Below are positions 16,800-24,453 of a stretch of DNA of 24,993 bases, in pieces. Positions within the stretch are counted from its first letter, which is position 1. Each line of letters begins with the position of its first letter. The notes under the pieces are model-generated. The model was given only the letters and a program-made list of their open reading frames with translations, did not search any database and had not been told where the DNA came from. The stretch is from the NCBI GenBank assembly GCA_026388615.1, contig JAPLJL010000023.1, positions 1-24,993 on the forward strand, read 5' to 3'. Both the position numbers and the translations under genes were made by a program. Source of the stretch: Pseudomonadota bacterium (GTDB taxonomy: Bacteria; Desulfobacterota; JAPLJL01).

Positions 16800-17639
16800 T
16801 TACTCTTCAAAGAGCGCGGCGGCGTTGGTGATCACGTTCCGCCCGTCGTCGGTGCTGGCGCTTACGATCGCCTTGCCTTTACCCTCTTTCCAGATCTTGG
16901 TGACGATCTTTTGGCCGGGGTAAACCTCCTTGGAGAAGCGCACCTCGAACTCCTTGAGTTTCGAGTCCTCCCCCCCGCAGCAGGCCTCGATCACCGCCCG
17001 GCCGACATGGCCGAAGGTACAGAGACCATGCAGGATGGGTTTGGTGTATCCGGCCATCTGGGCAAAGGCGGGATCGATGTGGAGGGGGTTGATGTCACCC
17101 GAGAGCCGGTAGATCAGATGCTGGATGGGCAGGGTCTGGTATTCGACCACCTGGTCCGGCTCGCGCGCGGGGGGTTCGTTCCCCGGGGCCGGGCCCTTGG
17201 GCCCGCCCCAGCCGCCGGCACCCCGGGCGAAAGCGGAAAAGATGTTGTCGAACAGATGTTCCCCGTCCAGGGTTTTGGTCACGGTATGGATCCGGTAGAG
17301 CGCCCCTTTCCCCTTGTCCCAGAGCTCGATCACCTTACCGGTGGTGACGGTCTGGGCGTCGAAGGGCAGAGGCCTTTTCTTGATCATGATCTTCTGCTCG
17401 CCGTGGACGATCATCATCGGGTTCGCCCCTAAGATCTCGATGCTCCCGAAAAGGCACATAAAAGGCGCGATCACCGCGAAGGTGGGGATCACTCGAATCC
17501 CGTTTTCAAAGTTCTCATAGGTATGGGCCAGATCGTAGGCCCCGATCCCGATGTTATAGAGGGCGATGTCCTTCCAGGCCCAGTTGAAATTAACGGGCGG
17601 GAGTTCCTTGCCCACGCAATCAAGATTTATTTCGGCCAC
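16800..17639 (-). CDS. MaoC/MFE-2-type (R)-specific enoyl-CoA hydratase, double hot-dog fold
   Basis: Hydratase-2 motif YRLSGDINPLHIDP.FA..AG..KPILHGLCTFG; N-terminal DIALYNIGIGA, VIPTF, VHGEQ; GTG start with AAGGAGG RBS. Confidence 0.92.
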   Translation of the reverse strand: MAEINLDCVGKELPPVNFNWAWKDIALYNIGIGAYDLAHTYENFENGIRVIPTFAVIAPFMCLFGSIEILGANPMMIVHGEQKIMIKKRPLPFDAQTVTTGKVIELWDKGKGALYRIHTVTKTLDGEHLFDNIFSAFARGAGGWGGPKGPAPGNEPPAREPDQVVEYQTLPIQHLIYRLSGDINPLHIDPAFAQMAGYTKPILHGLCTFGHVGRAVIEACCGGEDSKLKEFEVRFSKEVYPGQKIVTKIWKEGKGKAIVSASTDDGRNVITNAAALFEE

Positions 17640-17667
17640 GTCTCTCCTCCTTTCCCCTTAGGTTAAC

Positions 17668-17709
17668 GTTTCGGGTTCCTGGTTTCGAGTTTCGGGTTAT
17701 CAGTTACCC
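17668..17709. repeat. Degenerate heptamer tandem repeat (6 x 7 bp)
   Basis: GTTTCGG GTTCCTG GTTTCGA GTTTCGG GTTATCA GTTACCC. Confidence 0.65.
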
Positions 17710-17749
17710 AAGTTTAGAAACAACCTTATCATCCTATTATCTATAAAAA

Positions 17750-17777
17750 ACAGGGAGCCGTTTGACCGGCTCCCTGT
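17750..17777. repeat. AGGGAGCC-family hairpin (possible terminator)
   Basis: Perfect 11-bp stem ACAGGGAGCCG / CGGCTCCCTGT preceded by an A-run. Confidence 0.7.
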
Positions 17778-17827
17778 CGTGGGCAGCTATTAAATCCGCC
17801 CCTGAACTTTTATTTTTCTGCAACCCA

Positions 17828-17849
17828 GCCCGATGAATCGGGCAACTAC
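17828..17849 (-). repeat. Single REP-like unit
   Basis: GCCCGATGAATCGGGCAACTAC. Confidence 0.8.
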
Positions 17850-17886
17850 TAAATAACGCAGGTAAAAACCCTCGGCTGCCGGTTTC

Positions 17887-17919
17887 GGGTTTGCCCCGAC
17901 CAAAACTCGGGGTCTACCC
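17887..17919 (-). terminator. Hairpin downstream of the thiolase gene
   Basis: GGGT-TTG-CCCCGA loop TCGGGG-TCT-ACCC; no clear U-tract. Confidence 0.35.
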
Positions 17920-17922
17920 ATT

Positions 17923-17957
17923 ACCTTTGACCTTTCACCTTCCAGCTTTGACCTGCA
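17923..17957. repeat. Degenerate heptamer tandem repeat (5 x 7 bp)
   Basis: ACCTTTG ACCTTTC ACCTTCC AGCTTTG ACCTGCA. Confidence 0.65.
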
Positions 17958-17973
17958 GCTCCTTTATCACTGC

Positions 17974-19179
17974 CTAGTTGTACCGTCCCACGATCGCGAC
18001 GGAACAGACGTTCATGAACGGCATCCCGCCCAGGTTGTGGGTCAGGCCGAACTTCGGGTCCTTGAGCTGGCGGTCGCCGGCCCGCCCCAGGAGCTGGTTG
18101 TACATCTCGTAGAGCATCCGCAGGCCGGAGGCCCCGATCGGGTGGCCGAAGCACTTCAGGCCGCCGTCGATCTGGCAGGGCACCCCGCCGGTAGCGTCGT
18201 AGAACCCGTCCATCACGTCCTTGATCGCTCCCCCGCGCGGGGAGATGTGCAGGTCTTCCATGGTCACGAGCTCGGTGATGGAGAAGCAATCGTGCACCTC
18301 GATCATGCTGAGTTCCTTGCGGGGATCCTTGATCCCGGCTTCGGCGTAAGCCCGGGTGCTCGCCTTGTCGGCAGTCACGAAGTGGTCACCCTGCCACTCG
18401 TTGTATTGCATTTCGTAGCCGTTCGAGAGGGCGAGCTGGATGGACTTGACCGAGACCAGGTCCTTCCTCCCCATGGACTTGGCGATCTCGGGGGTGGTGA
18501 CAATCGCGCAGGCCGAGCCGTCGGAAACCCCGCAGCAGTCGAAGAGCCCGAGGGGATCGGCGATGATCGGCGAAGCCAGGATCTGGTCTACGGTTACCGC
18601 CTTCCGCAGGTGGGCCTTGGGGTTCTTGGCCCCATTCGCGTGACTTTTGGCGGAAATATGGGCCAGAGCGTTTTTCAGATCATCCCGCTCGATTTTATAC
18701 TTGGCCCGGTAGGCGCTCGCCAGCTGGGCGAACATCCCGGGGGCGGTCATGTTGGGCATGACCATGAAATGGGCAGGTCCCCCGTTGGAACCCAGGTTCG
18801 GCAATCCGCCGTAACCCGAGTCCTTGAGCTTCTCCACCCCCTGGGCCAGGGCGAAATCCACCGCCCCGGAAGCCACCGCGTAGCAGGCCCCGCGGAAGGC
18901 CTCGGTGCCGGTGGCGCAGAAATTCTCCACCCGGGTTACCGGGATGAAGGGGAGGCGCAACGTTATCGGGAGCGCCAGGGCGGAAAGCCCCACGTGCTGC
19001 GACTCGAAGGCCGTCCCAAACCAGGCCGCCTGGATCTGCTTCTTCTCTATCCCCGCGTCCTTGATGCATTCCTCGAAGGCCTCCACGATCAGGTCCTGGG
19101 CGCTCATATCCCAGCGTTCTCCGAAGCGGCTGCAGCCCATCCCGAGGATCGCTACTTTATCTCTGATTCCGGTTGCCAT
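17974..19179 (-). CDS. Thiolase, SCP-x/archaeal-type acetyl-CoA acetyltransferase
   Basis: VENFCATG (catalytic Cys), DCCGVSDGSAC, EVHDCFSITE, GGLKCFGHPIGASG; AAGGAGG RBS. Confidence 0.92.
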   Translation of the reverse strand: MATGIRDKVAILGMGCSRFGERWDMSAQDLIVEAFEECIKDAGIEKKQIQAAWFGTAFESQHVGLSALALPITLRLPFIPVTRVENFCATGTEAFRGACYAVASGAVDFALAQGVEKLKDSGYGGLPNLGSNGGPAHFMVMPNMTAPGMFAQLASAYRAKYKIERDDLKNALAHISAKSHANGAKNPKAHLRKAVTVDQILASPIIADPLGLFDCCGVSDGSACAIVTTPEIAKSMGRKDLVSVKSIQLALSNGYEMQYNEWQGDHFVTADKASTRAYAEAGIKDPRKELSMIEVHDCFSITELVTMEDLHISPRGGAIKDVMDGFYDATGGVPCQIDGGLKCFGHPIGASGLRMLYEMYNQLLGRAGDRQLKDPKFGLTHNLGGMPFMNVCSVAIVGRYN

Positions 19180-19229
19180 TTTATATCCTCCTTATCTTGA
19201 TATTGGATTGATCCCGTTTTGGTCCCGCC

Positions 19230-20690
19230 TCACGCCGGTTTCTTGAAGGCTGGGGCCGCGCTCCAGAAATACCCGGTGAAGCAGCGGTCCTTGTCATAGT
19301 ATTTCTTCCGGAAGGTAACCTGCATCGGCACGCCCACCTCGATGTCGTTCATGGTGCAGTCGGTGAAGTCCATAATCATCCGGCCGCCGCCCTCGAACTG
19401 GATCATCCCGTAACTGGCGGGGGGATCGATCGAAACCGCGAGGAGATCGCTGGTGAAGGTCAGGATCTTGGCCGGCCGGCCGACGAACTCGCAATCCTCC
19501 TGGGAATGGACAGCACCGCACTCGGGCTTGACGCAAACATTGCTCTTCGGAATTTGGAGTGTCCCGCAGGCTTTGCATTTTCCGCCGACGAACCCGAGGA
19601 TGAGCTTACGGTCGCGCCACATCGCAGAGAGGGCCGTCTGCATCGGGACCTCGGCGCGGATCCCCATCTCGGTATTGAGGAGGTCGCGGAACCGGAGGAA
19701 CTTCCCGTAGGTGTACTCGGTCCGGCTGTTGGCCAGGTGCCCCGAAACCGCCATGCGGGGAGCAAGATTCTTGATTTTATCGGTAACCATGAAAATCAGG
19801 GCGTCCGAACCCTGCCCGAAGCTCGCCACTAAAAGTTTGTCACCGGGCTTGGCGGTTTCAAGCTCGCGGGCGAGCATGATGAGGGGATGGGCCACCCCGC
19901 ATTCGCCGGTTTCCTCGTGCATGTTTCCGGACAGCTGTTCCTTGGTGAAACCCATGCTCTTGGCAATTTCCCAGTGGGCCCGGCCGAAGAGGCAGGGGAA
20001 CATGATCCGGGTAATATCCGTCGGCTTGAGTCCGGTCTTGGCCAGCACCCCTTTCACCGCCTGGGGGATGATCTTGCCGTAGCCTTCATCCCGGATCCAG
20101 CGTTCCTCCCAGTTGTAATCGAATTTTCCCTCGGTGCCCCGGTAATGGTCCACGAAATCCTGGCTGAGCGAGAAGGAACCCACCAGCTCGGCGACAACAT
20201 TGTCCTTCCCCAAAACCAGCGACGCGGCACCGTCCCCGAACCACATCTCGTGGAACCAGGCTGTCTTGGTTCTCCGGCTGTCCGAGGCGGAAAGCAGGAT
20301 CTGTTTCTTATCCCCGCCCTGGACCGCTTCCAGGGCCGTGACCAGCGCGCTGGTCCCAGCCTTCTGGGTGCTGGTAAAATCCGCGGTGGTGACATCGTCC
20401 TTCAGGTTCAAAGCGCATTTCAGGATGCTCGCGCTGTCGCGGTCGGCGAAGGACAGGCTGGTGGAGGCGATGTAAACCCCGTCCAGCTTGGCGCGGTCCT
20501 GGCCGGTCATACAATCCCAGGCCGCGGCCACCGCCATGGTCATGGCGTCCTCGTCCCAGTTGCAGAAGGTGCGTTCGCCCGAAGCGGCAGTCATCAGGCC
20601 CGGGGCCAACCACCCCATCGCATCCATGATGCAGCTCCGACCTAATCGGTACTTGGGCAGATATGCCCCGTAGGAAACTATTCCAACCAT
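19230..20690 (-). CDS. HMG-CoA-synthase-fold domain (catalytic Cys absent) fused to DUF35 Zn-ribbon/OB-fold domain
   Basis: GIVSYGAYLPKYRL, WDEDAMTMAV, GDGAASL; ADFTSTQKAGT where archaeal HMGCS has ADLEFACKAGT; C-terminal CKAC...CVKPEC and OB-fold (YGMIQFEGGGR..MDFTD...VTFR). Confidence 0.85.
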   Translation of the reverse strand: MVGIVSYGAYLPKYRLGRSCIMDAMGWLAPGLMTAASGERTFCNWDEDAMTMAVAAAWDCMTGQDRAKLDGVYIASTSLSFADRDSASILKCALNLKDDVTTADFTSTQKAGTSALVTALEAVQGGDKKQILLSASDSRRTKTAWFHEMWFGDGAASLVLGKDNVVAELVGSFSLSQDFVDHYRGTEGKFDYNWEERWIRDEGYGKIIPQAVKGVLAKTGLKPTDITRIMFPCLFGRAHWEIAKSMGFTKEQLSGNMHEETGECGVAHPLIMLARELETAKPGDKLLVASFGQGSDALIFMVTDKIKNLAPRMAVSGHLANSRTEYTYGKFLRFRDLLNTEMGIRAEVPMQTALSAMWRDRKLILGFVGGKCKACGTLQIPKSNVCVKPECGAVHSQEDCEFVGRPAKILTFTSDLLAVSIDPPASYGMIQFEGGGRMIMDFTDCTMNDIEVGVPMQVTFRKKYYDKDRCFTGYFWSAAPAFKKPA

Positions 20691-20759
20691 GAAAGATACC
20701 CTCCTTTCCTCGTTAATCCTTATCCTTAAACCGTTGACTTTAAAATCTTAATCAAACCT

Positions 20760-20776
20760 AGTTAGTGTTCCTCACC
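20760..20776. promoter_or_regulatory. Candidate TetR operator, copy 1
   Basis: AGTTAGTGTTCCTCACC, 13/17 identical to 20978..20994; lies between the minus-strand promoter and the fusion gene start. Confidence 0.35.
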
Positions 20777-20842
20777 TCCGGGCCCAGAACCGGCCCGAAG
20801 CAGCTCAAGCTCGAATTATCGATATCCAACCCAGCGGGATGA

Positions 20843-20871
20843 TTTTTACGCAATTTTATCCGCTTTGTCAA
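20843..20871 (-). promoter_or_regulatory. Putative sigma70 promoter of the HMGCS-like/thiolase operon
   Basis: Minus strand TTGACA, 17-nt spacer, TAAAAA. Confidence 0.5.
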
Positions 20872-20935
20872 GCCCCCTTTTACCGACGATAATATCAGGA
20901 ATATGATCCCGGGTTCCGCCATTTTTACCCCCTTC

Positions 20936-20964
20936 TTGACCGGGGGATTTTTCTCTGATAAAAG
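20936..20964 (+). promoter_or_regulatory. Putative sigma70 promoter of tetR
   Basis: TTGACC, 17-nt spacer ending in TGA (extended -10), TAAAAG. Confidence 0.45.
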
Positions 20965-20977
20965 ATACCAACTGGCA

Positions 20978-20994
20978 AGTTAGTGAGTCTCAAC
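20978..20994. promoter_or_regulatory. Candidate TetR operator, copy 2
   Basis: AGTTAGTGAGTCTCAAC, imperfect GTT..AAC dyad just downstream of the predicted tetR promoter. Confidence 0.35.
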
Positions 20995-21032
20995 CCGGAG
21001 CCCTGGAGAGCCCCGGGAAGGAGGTTTTTCTG

Positions 21033-21713
21033 TTGGTTCAGAGCCTGACCGGCCGGAAGGATGTTTCCGAACCCGCCGCCCCCAACGGGGACCGCACCCC
21101 GCCCCCCGGCCGGCAGAAGATCGAAAAAGCCCTCAAGTCGCTCCTCGAAGACAAGGAATTCAGCGCCATCACCACTTCCGAGATCGCCAAGACCGCCGGG
21201 GTAACCGAGGCGCTGATCTACAAGTATTTCAAGGACAAGCGCGACCTGCTCTACCAGGTCCTGGCCCGGGACCTGGAACACCATCTCGAACAGTCCCAGC
21301 TTCACCTCAAGGGGATCAGCGGAGCCCGGAACAAGATCCGCAAACTCATCTGGTTTTACCTGAACACCTACGCGGAGGAACGGGTCTTCGGCCAGATGCT
21401 CATGCTTGAGGTATTGAGTTTCCACGATTTCTACCAGAGCGCACCCTACCAGGTGCTGAAAAAATTCGCCATCCTCGAGCTCGGCATCCTGAAAGAGGGA
21501 ATCGAAACCGGGGAGATCCGCGACGATCTCCCCCCCGCCCTGATCCGCCAGGTGATCCGGGGCAGCATCGAAAACGCCTGCCTGGCCTGGGTGAAGATCA
21601 GCCAGAAGATCTCCCCCGACGAGCTGACCGAAAACCTCTGCCGGGTTCTGTTCAACGGAATCGAAAAACCGGAAAGGGAAAAAACCAGGAACGGGCGCAA
21701 CTTGCATCAATAA
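21033..21713 (+). CDS. TetR/AcrR family transcriptional regulator
   Basis: HTH motif FSAITTSEIAKTAGVTEALIYKYFKDKRDLL; GGAGG RBS before a TTG start. Confidence 0.93.
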   Translation: MVQSLTGRKDVSEPAAPNGDRTPPPGRQKIEKALKSLLEDKEFSAITTSEIAKTAGVTEALIYKYFKDKRDLLYQVLARDLEHHLEQSQLHLKGISGARNKIRKLIWFYLNTYAEERVFGQMLMLEVLSFHDFYQSAPYQVLKKFAILELGILKEGIETGEIRDDLPPALIRQVIRGSIENACLAWVKISQKISPDELTENLCRVLFNGIEKPEREKTRNGRNLHQ

Positions 21714-21790
21714 TATCCTCCCCTCCCTTGAGGGGAGGGGTAAATGGTTAAGGCAAAAAATTCTTATTTTCAGTAGAAAGGAGTTGAAAA

Positions 21791-22939
21791 ATGCCGCTCA
21801 AGTATACCGACGAACATGAGATCTTCCGCCGCTCCCTCCGGAAATTCTTTGAAGCCGAAGTCAAGCCCAACGTGGAGCAGTGGCGGAAGCAGGGGTTCAT
21901 CCCCCGCGACATCTGGAAGAAGATGGGCGCCCAGGGGTTCATCGGCTACTGGCTGCCGCCCGAATTCGGCGGGTCGGGGCTGGATTTCAGCTACTCGGTG
22001 GTCCTCTCCGAGGAGATGGTGATTGCCTCCTCCGACCTGGGGGTGAACATCGGGGTGCATAACGACGTGGCCCTGCCCTACATCGCCCACAGCGGGACCG
22101 AGGAGCAGAAGAAGAAGTACCTGCCCCCCGCCTGCACCGGGGACTGCATCGTTTCCATCGCCATGACCGAGCCGGGGGCCGGGAGCGACCTGGCCTCGAT
22201 CCGCTCCACCGCCATCCGGAAGGGCGATCATTACATTATCAACGGCCAGAAAACCTTCATCTCCAACGGTTACGCCTGCGACCTGGCCATCGTGGCGGTA
22301 AAAACCGACCCCAAGGCCAATCCCCCTCATACCGGGGTCAGCCTGGTCCTGGTTGAGAACGGCACCCCCGGCTTCACCAAGGGCCGGAAGCTGGAGAAGA
22401 TGGGCCTGCACGCCGCCGACACCGCCGAGCTTTCCTTCGAGGACTGCAAGGTCCCGGTCACGAACCTGTTGGGGGCGGAGGGGGGCGGTTTCTTCACCCT
22501 GATGCAGAACCTCCAGCAGGAGCGCCTGATGGGGGCGATCGGGGCGATCGTGGGGGCCGAGCACATCCTGCAGGCGACCATCGAGTACACCAAGACCCGG
22601 GAGGCCTTCGGCCGGCCGATCTGCAAGTTCCAGCACAACGCCTTCAAGATCGTGGAGATGGCCACCGAGATCGAGATGGCCAAGACCTTTACCTACAAGC
22701 TGATCGACGAATACCTGGACGGGAAGGATATCGTCAAGACCGTCTCCATGGCCAAGTGGTACAACTCGGAGCTGGTGAACCGGGTGGCTTACAACTGCGT
22801 CCAGCTTCACGGCGGCTACGGCTATATGATGGAGTACGAAGTGGCCCACGCCTATGTCGACGCCCGGATGCAGACGATCGCGGCCGGCACCACCGAGATC
22901 ATGAAGCTCATCATCTCGCGGCTGATGGGGCTGCTGTAA
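21791..22939 (+). CDS. Acyl-CoA dehydrogenase (LCAD-like subgroup), paralog B
   Basis: Same motifs as 15298..16446; same length (382 aa), about 80% identical by manual alignment. Confidence 0.96.
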   Translation: MPLKYTDEHEIFRRSLRKFFEAEVKPNVEQWRKQGFIPRDIWKKMGAQGFIGYWLPPEFGGSGLDFSYSVVLSEEMVIASSDLGVNIGVHNDVALPYIAHSGTEEQKKKYLPPACTGDCIVSIAMTEPGAGSDLASIRSTAIRKGDHYIINGQKTFISNGYACDLAIVAVKTDPKANPPHTGVSLVLVENGTPGFTKGRKLEKMGLHAADTAELSFEDCKVPVTNLLGAEGGGFFTLMQNLQQERLMGAIGAIVGAEHILQATIEYTKTREAFGRPICKFQHNAFKIVEMATEIEMAKTFTYKLIDEYLDGKDIVKTVSMAKWYNSELVNRVAYNCVQLHGGYGYMMEYEVAHAYVDARMQTIAAGTTEIMKLIISRLMGLL

Positions 22940-23018
22940 AAAACAGCCCCTCGATATAACTCGGGGTAAACGAGAAAGGTGGAAAAGGGTTAAGGCGAGA
23001 AAAGGATTTGCATTTTTT

Positions 23019-23097
23019 TGTAGTTTGCCGATTAATCGGCGGTTTTTAAAAACGCCCGATCCCTCTGTTGTCGGGATAAATAAATCGGGCAACTACA
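23019..23097 (-). repeat. 79-bp REP-like doublet, third copy (opposite orientation)
   Basis: Reverse complement TGTAGTTGCCCGATTT[21 nt]ATCGGGC...GCCGATTAATCGGCAAACTACA aligns with 8430..8509. Confidence 0.85.
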
Positions 23098-23109
23098 TAA
23101 TATTTAGTT

Positions 23110-23141
23110 GCGGAGGGGCCGTCTGGCCCCTCCGCTTTTTT
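23110..23141 (+). terminator. Intrinsic terminator after tetR-ACAD B
   Basis: Perfect 11-bp stem GCGGAGGGGCC / GGCCCCTCCGC, 4-nt loop, T6 tract. Confidence 0.85.
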
Positions 23142-23144
23142 CAC

Positions 23145-23172
23145 TTGAACTCACCCCGGGAAGGGGTAGAAT
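23145..23172 (+). promoter_or_regulatory. Putative sigma70 promoter of the second TRAP SBP
   Basis: TTGAAC, 16-nt spacer, TAGAAT, immediately after the terminator. Confidence 0.45.
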
Positions 23173-23214
23173 GAAAACAGTAGACGGGGGATATTCCTTC
23201 CTAACCTTATAAAA

Positions 23215-24267
23215 ATGAAGAAGAACCTTTTTTTGAGCCTGACGCTGCTCTTTTTCCTGCCCGTCAGCCTCCAGGCCGCGGACGCGCCCTCACCCGCCCC
23301 CAAGCCTCAATACGTCATCAAATGGGCCACGATCGCCCCCGAGAACACCTTCTGGGGCGACATCCTTAACAAGGCTTCCCGGGAGCTGGAGGAAGCCAGC
23401 GGCGGACGGATCAAAAACACCTGGTATTACGGGGCCGTGATGGGCGACGAGCCGGATGCGATTCGGAAACTCCGGATCGGCCAGCTCCAGGGCCTGGCCC
23501 TCCTGACCGTGGGACTGCAGAAGCTCGCCCCCGAGGCGATTGTCTATTCCCTCCCGGACCTTTTTCAGAGTTACCAGGAAGTGGACTGCGTCTGGGACCG
23601 GACCCATGAAATGATGGAAAAAATCTTCGCGGAGAAAGGCCTGGTGCTCCTCGGGCGGGGAGACGTCGGGTTCAGCGTTTTTGTCTCCAAGCGCGCGATG
23701 AAAGACCTGGAGGAGCTCAAGAAGGCCAAGATCTGGGTCTGGTCGGGGCTCGGTCTGGACCAGGCGGTGGCCCGGATGTTCGGGATCGTGAACACCGTCC
23801 CGCTGGCCCTCCCGGAGGTAATAACCGCCCTGCAGACCGGGATGGTGGACACCGTTTACGGCTCCTACTACACCACCATCGCCCTCCAATGGTACACAAT
23901 GATCAAATACATGACCGACGTGAAGCAATCGGGAACGGCATACTGCCCGGCGATGCTGATCATTAAGAAAGAGGTTTATGACGCCCTTTCCCCGGATCTC
24001 CAGACGATCATGCGGGAAAAGATGCAGAAGTATCTAATCCCCCTCCGGGAGCAGATGCGCGCGGATGAGGAAGACGCCCGGCAGTCCCTGATCAAGCGGG
24101 GGGTGGTAATGGTGGAGCTCGATCCCGTGATGGTCAAAGACATCCGCATCCGGGCCCAGGCCATTTATAAGGAATGGGAAGGCAAGTATTATCCTTCCTG
24201 GTTTCTGGAAGGCATCCTGAAGGCCCGGGACCAGTGCCGTTCCGAGTTGGCTCCCCCGAAGCCTTAA
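23215..24267 (+). CDS. TRAP transporter solute-binding protein, DctP family (TPAT/TatP-like subgroup), second paralog
   Basis: Signal peptide ending SLQA; WATIAPENTFW, VMGDEPDAIRKLRIGQLQG, TALQTGMVD. Confidence 0.9.
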   Translation: MKKNLFLSLTLLFFLPVSLQAADAPSPAPKPQYVIKWATIAPENTFWGDILNKASRELEEASGGRIKNTWYYGAVMGDEPDAIRKLRIGQLQGLALLTVGLQKLAPEAIVYSLPDLFQSYQEVDCVWDRTHEMMEKIFAEKGLVLLGRGDVGFSVFVSKRAMKDLEELKKAKIWVWSGLGLDQAVARMFGIVNTVPLALPEVITALQTGMVDTVYGSYYTTIALQWYTMIKYMTDVKQSGTAYCPAMLIIKKEVYDALSPDLQTIMREKMQKYLIPLREQMRADEEDARQSLIKRGVVMVELDPVMVKDIRIRAQAIYKEWEGKYYPSWFLEGILKARDQCRSELAPPKP

Positions 24268-24325
24268 TGCTTCGATTGGCAATTACGATAACATATTGTT
24301 TATAAGCAAAACCAATAACAATGCT

Positions 24326-24346
24326 CACTCAGCACTAAGTCCTGAG
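24326..24346. repeat. Degenerate heptamer tandem repeat (3 x 7 bp)
   Basis: CACTCAG CACTAAG TCCTGAG. Confidence 0.45.
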
Positions 24347-24453
24347 CGAATAAGTTTTTTATCAAACTTATGAATCGAAGGACTTAGCCCCGCGCCTATC
24401 TCGTCCTTTCCGATTTTCTATATTAGAATACGCGTTTAAAATATCCGGCAATC

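Noticed and set aside
17974-19179. Ltp2-type retro-aldolase
   Set aside because: The thiolase catalytic Cys (ENFCATG) and the HDCF/GHP motifs are retained.
19230-20690. Functional HMG-CoA synthase (mevalonate pathway)
   Set aside because: The catalytic Cys position is Gln and no other mevalonate genes are nearby.
666-23092. Long antisense or overlapping ORFs (666..1517, 1944..2816, 4610..5614, 10110..11045, 12923..14434, 15205..16356, 18037..19200, 20925..21710, 21770..23092 and others)
   Set aside because: They lie opposite well-supported genes and have no family motifs; they are typical shadow ORFs of GC-rich coding DNA. The similarity between 15205..16356 and 21770..23092 only mirrors the ACAD duplication.
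8430-23097. CRISPR array interpretation of the palindromic repeats
   Set aside because: Copies are dispersed kilobases apart, not regularly spaced with unique spacers, and no cas gene is present.
24270-24453. c-di-AMP (ydaO) riboswitch upstream of the KimA/YdaO-like gene
   Set aside because: The leader is AT-rich and I could not see the riboswitch's conserved GC-rich helices; only a weak AATCG-AAGGAC/GTCCTT-CGATT stem is present. cmscan would settle it.
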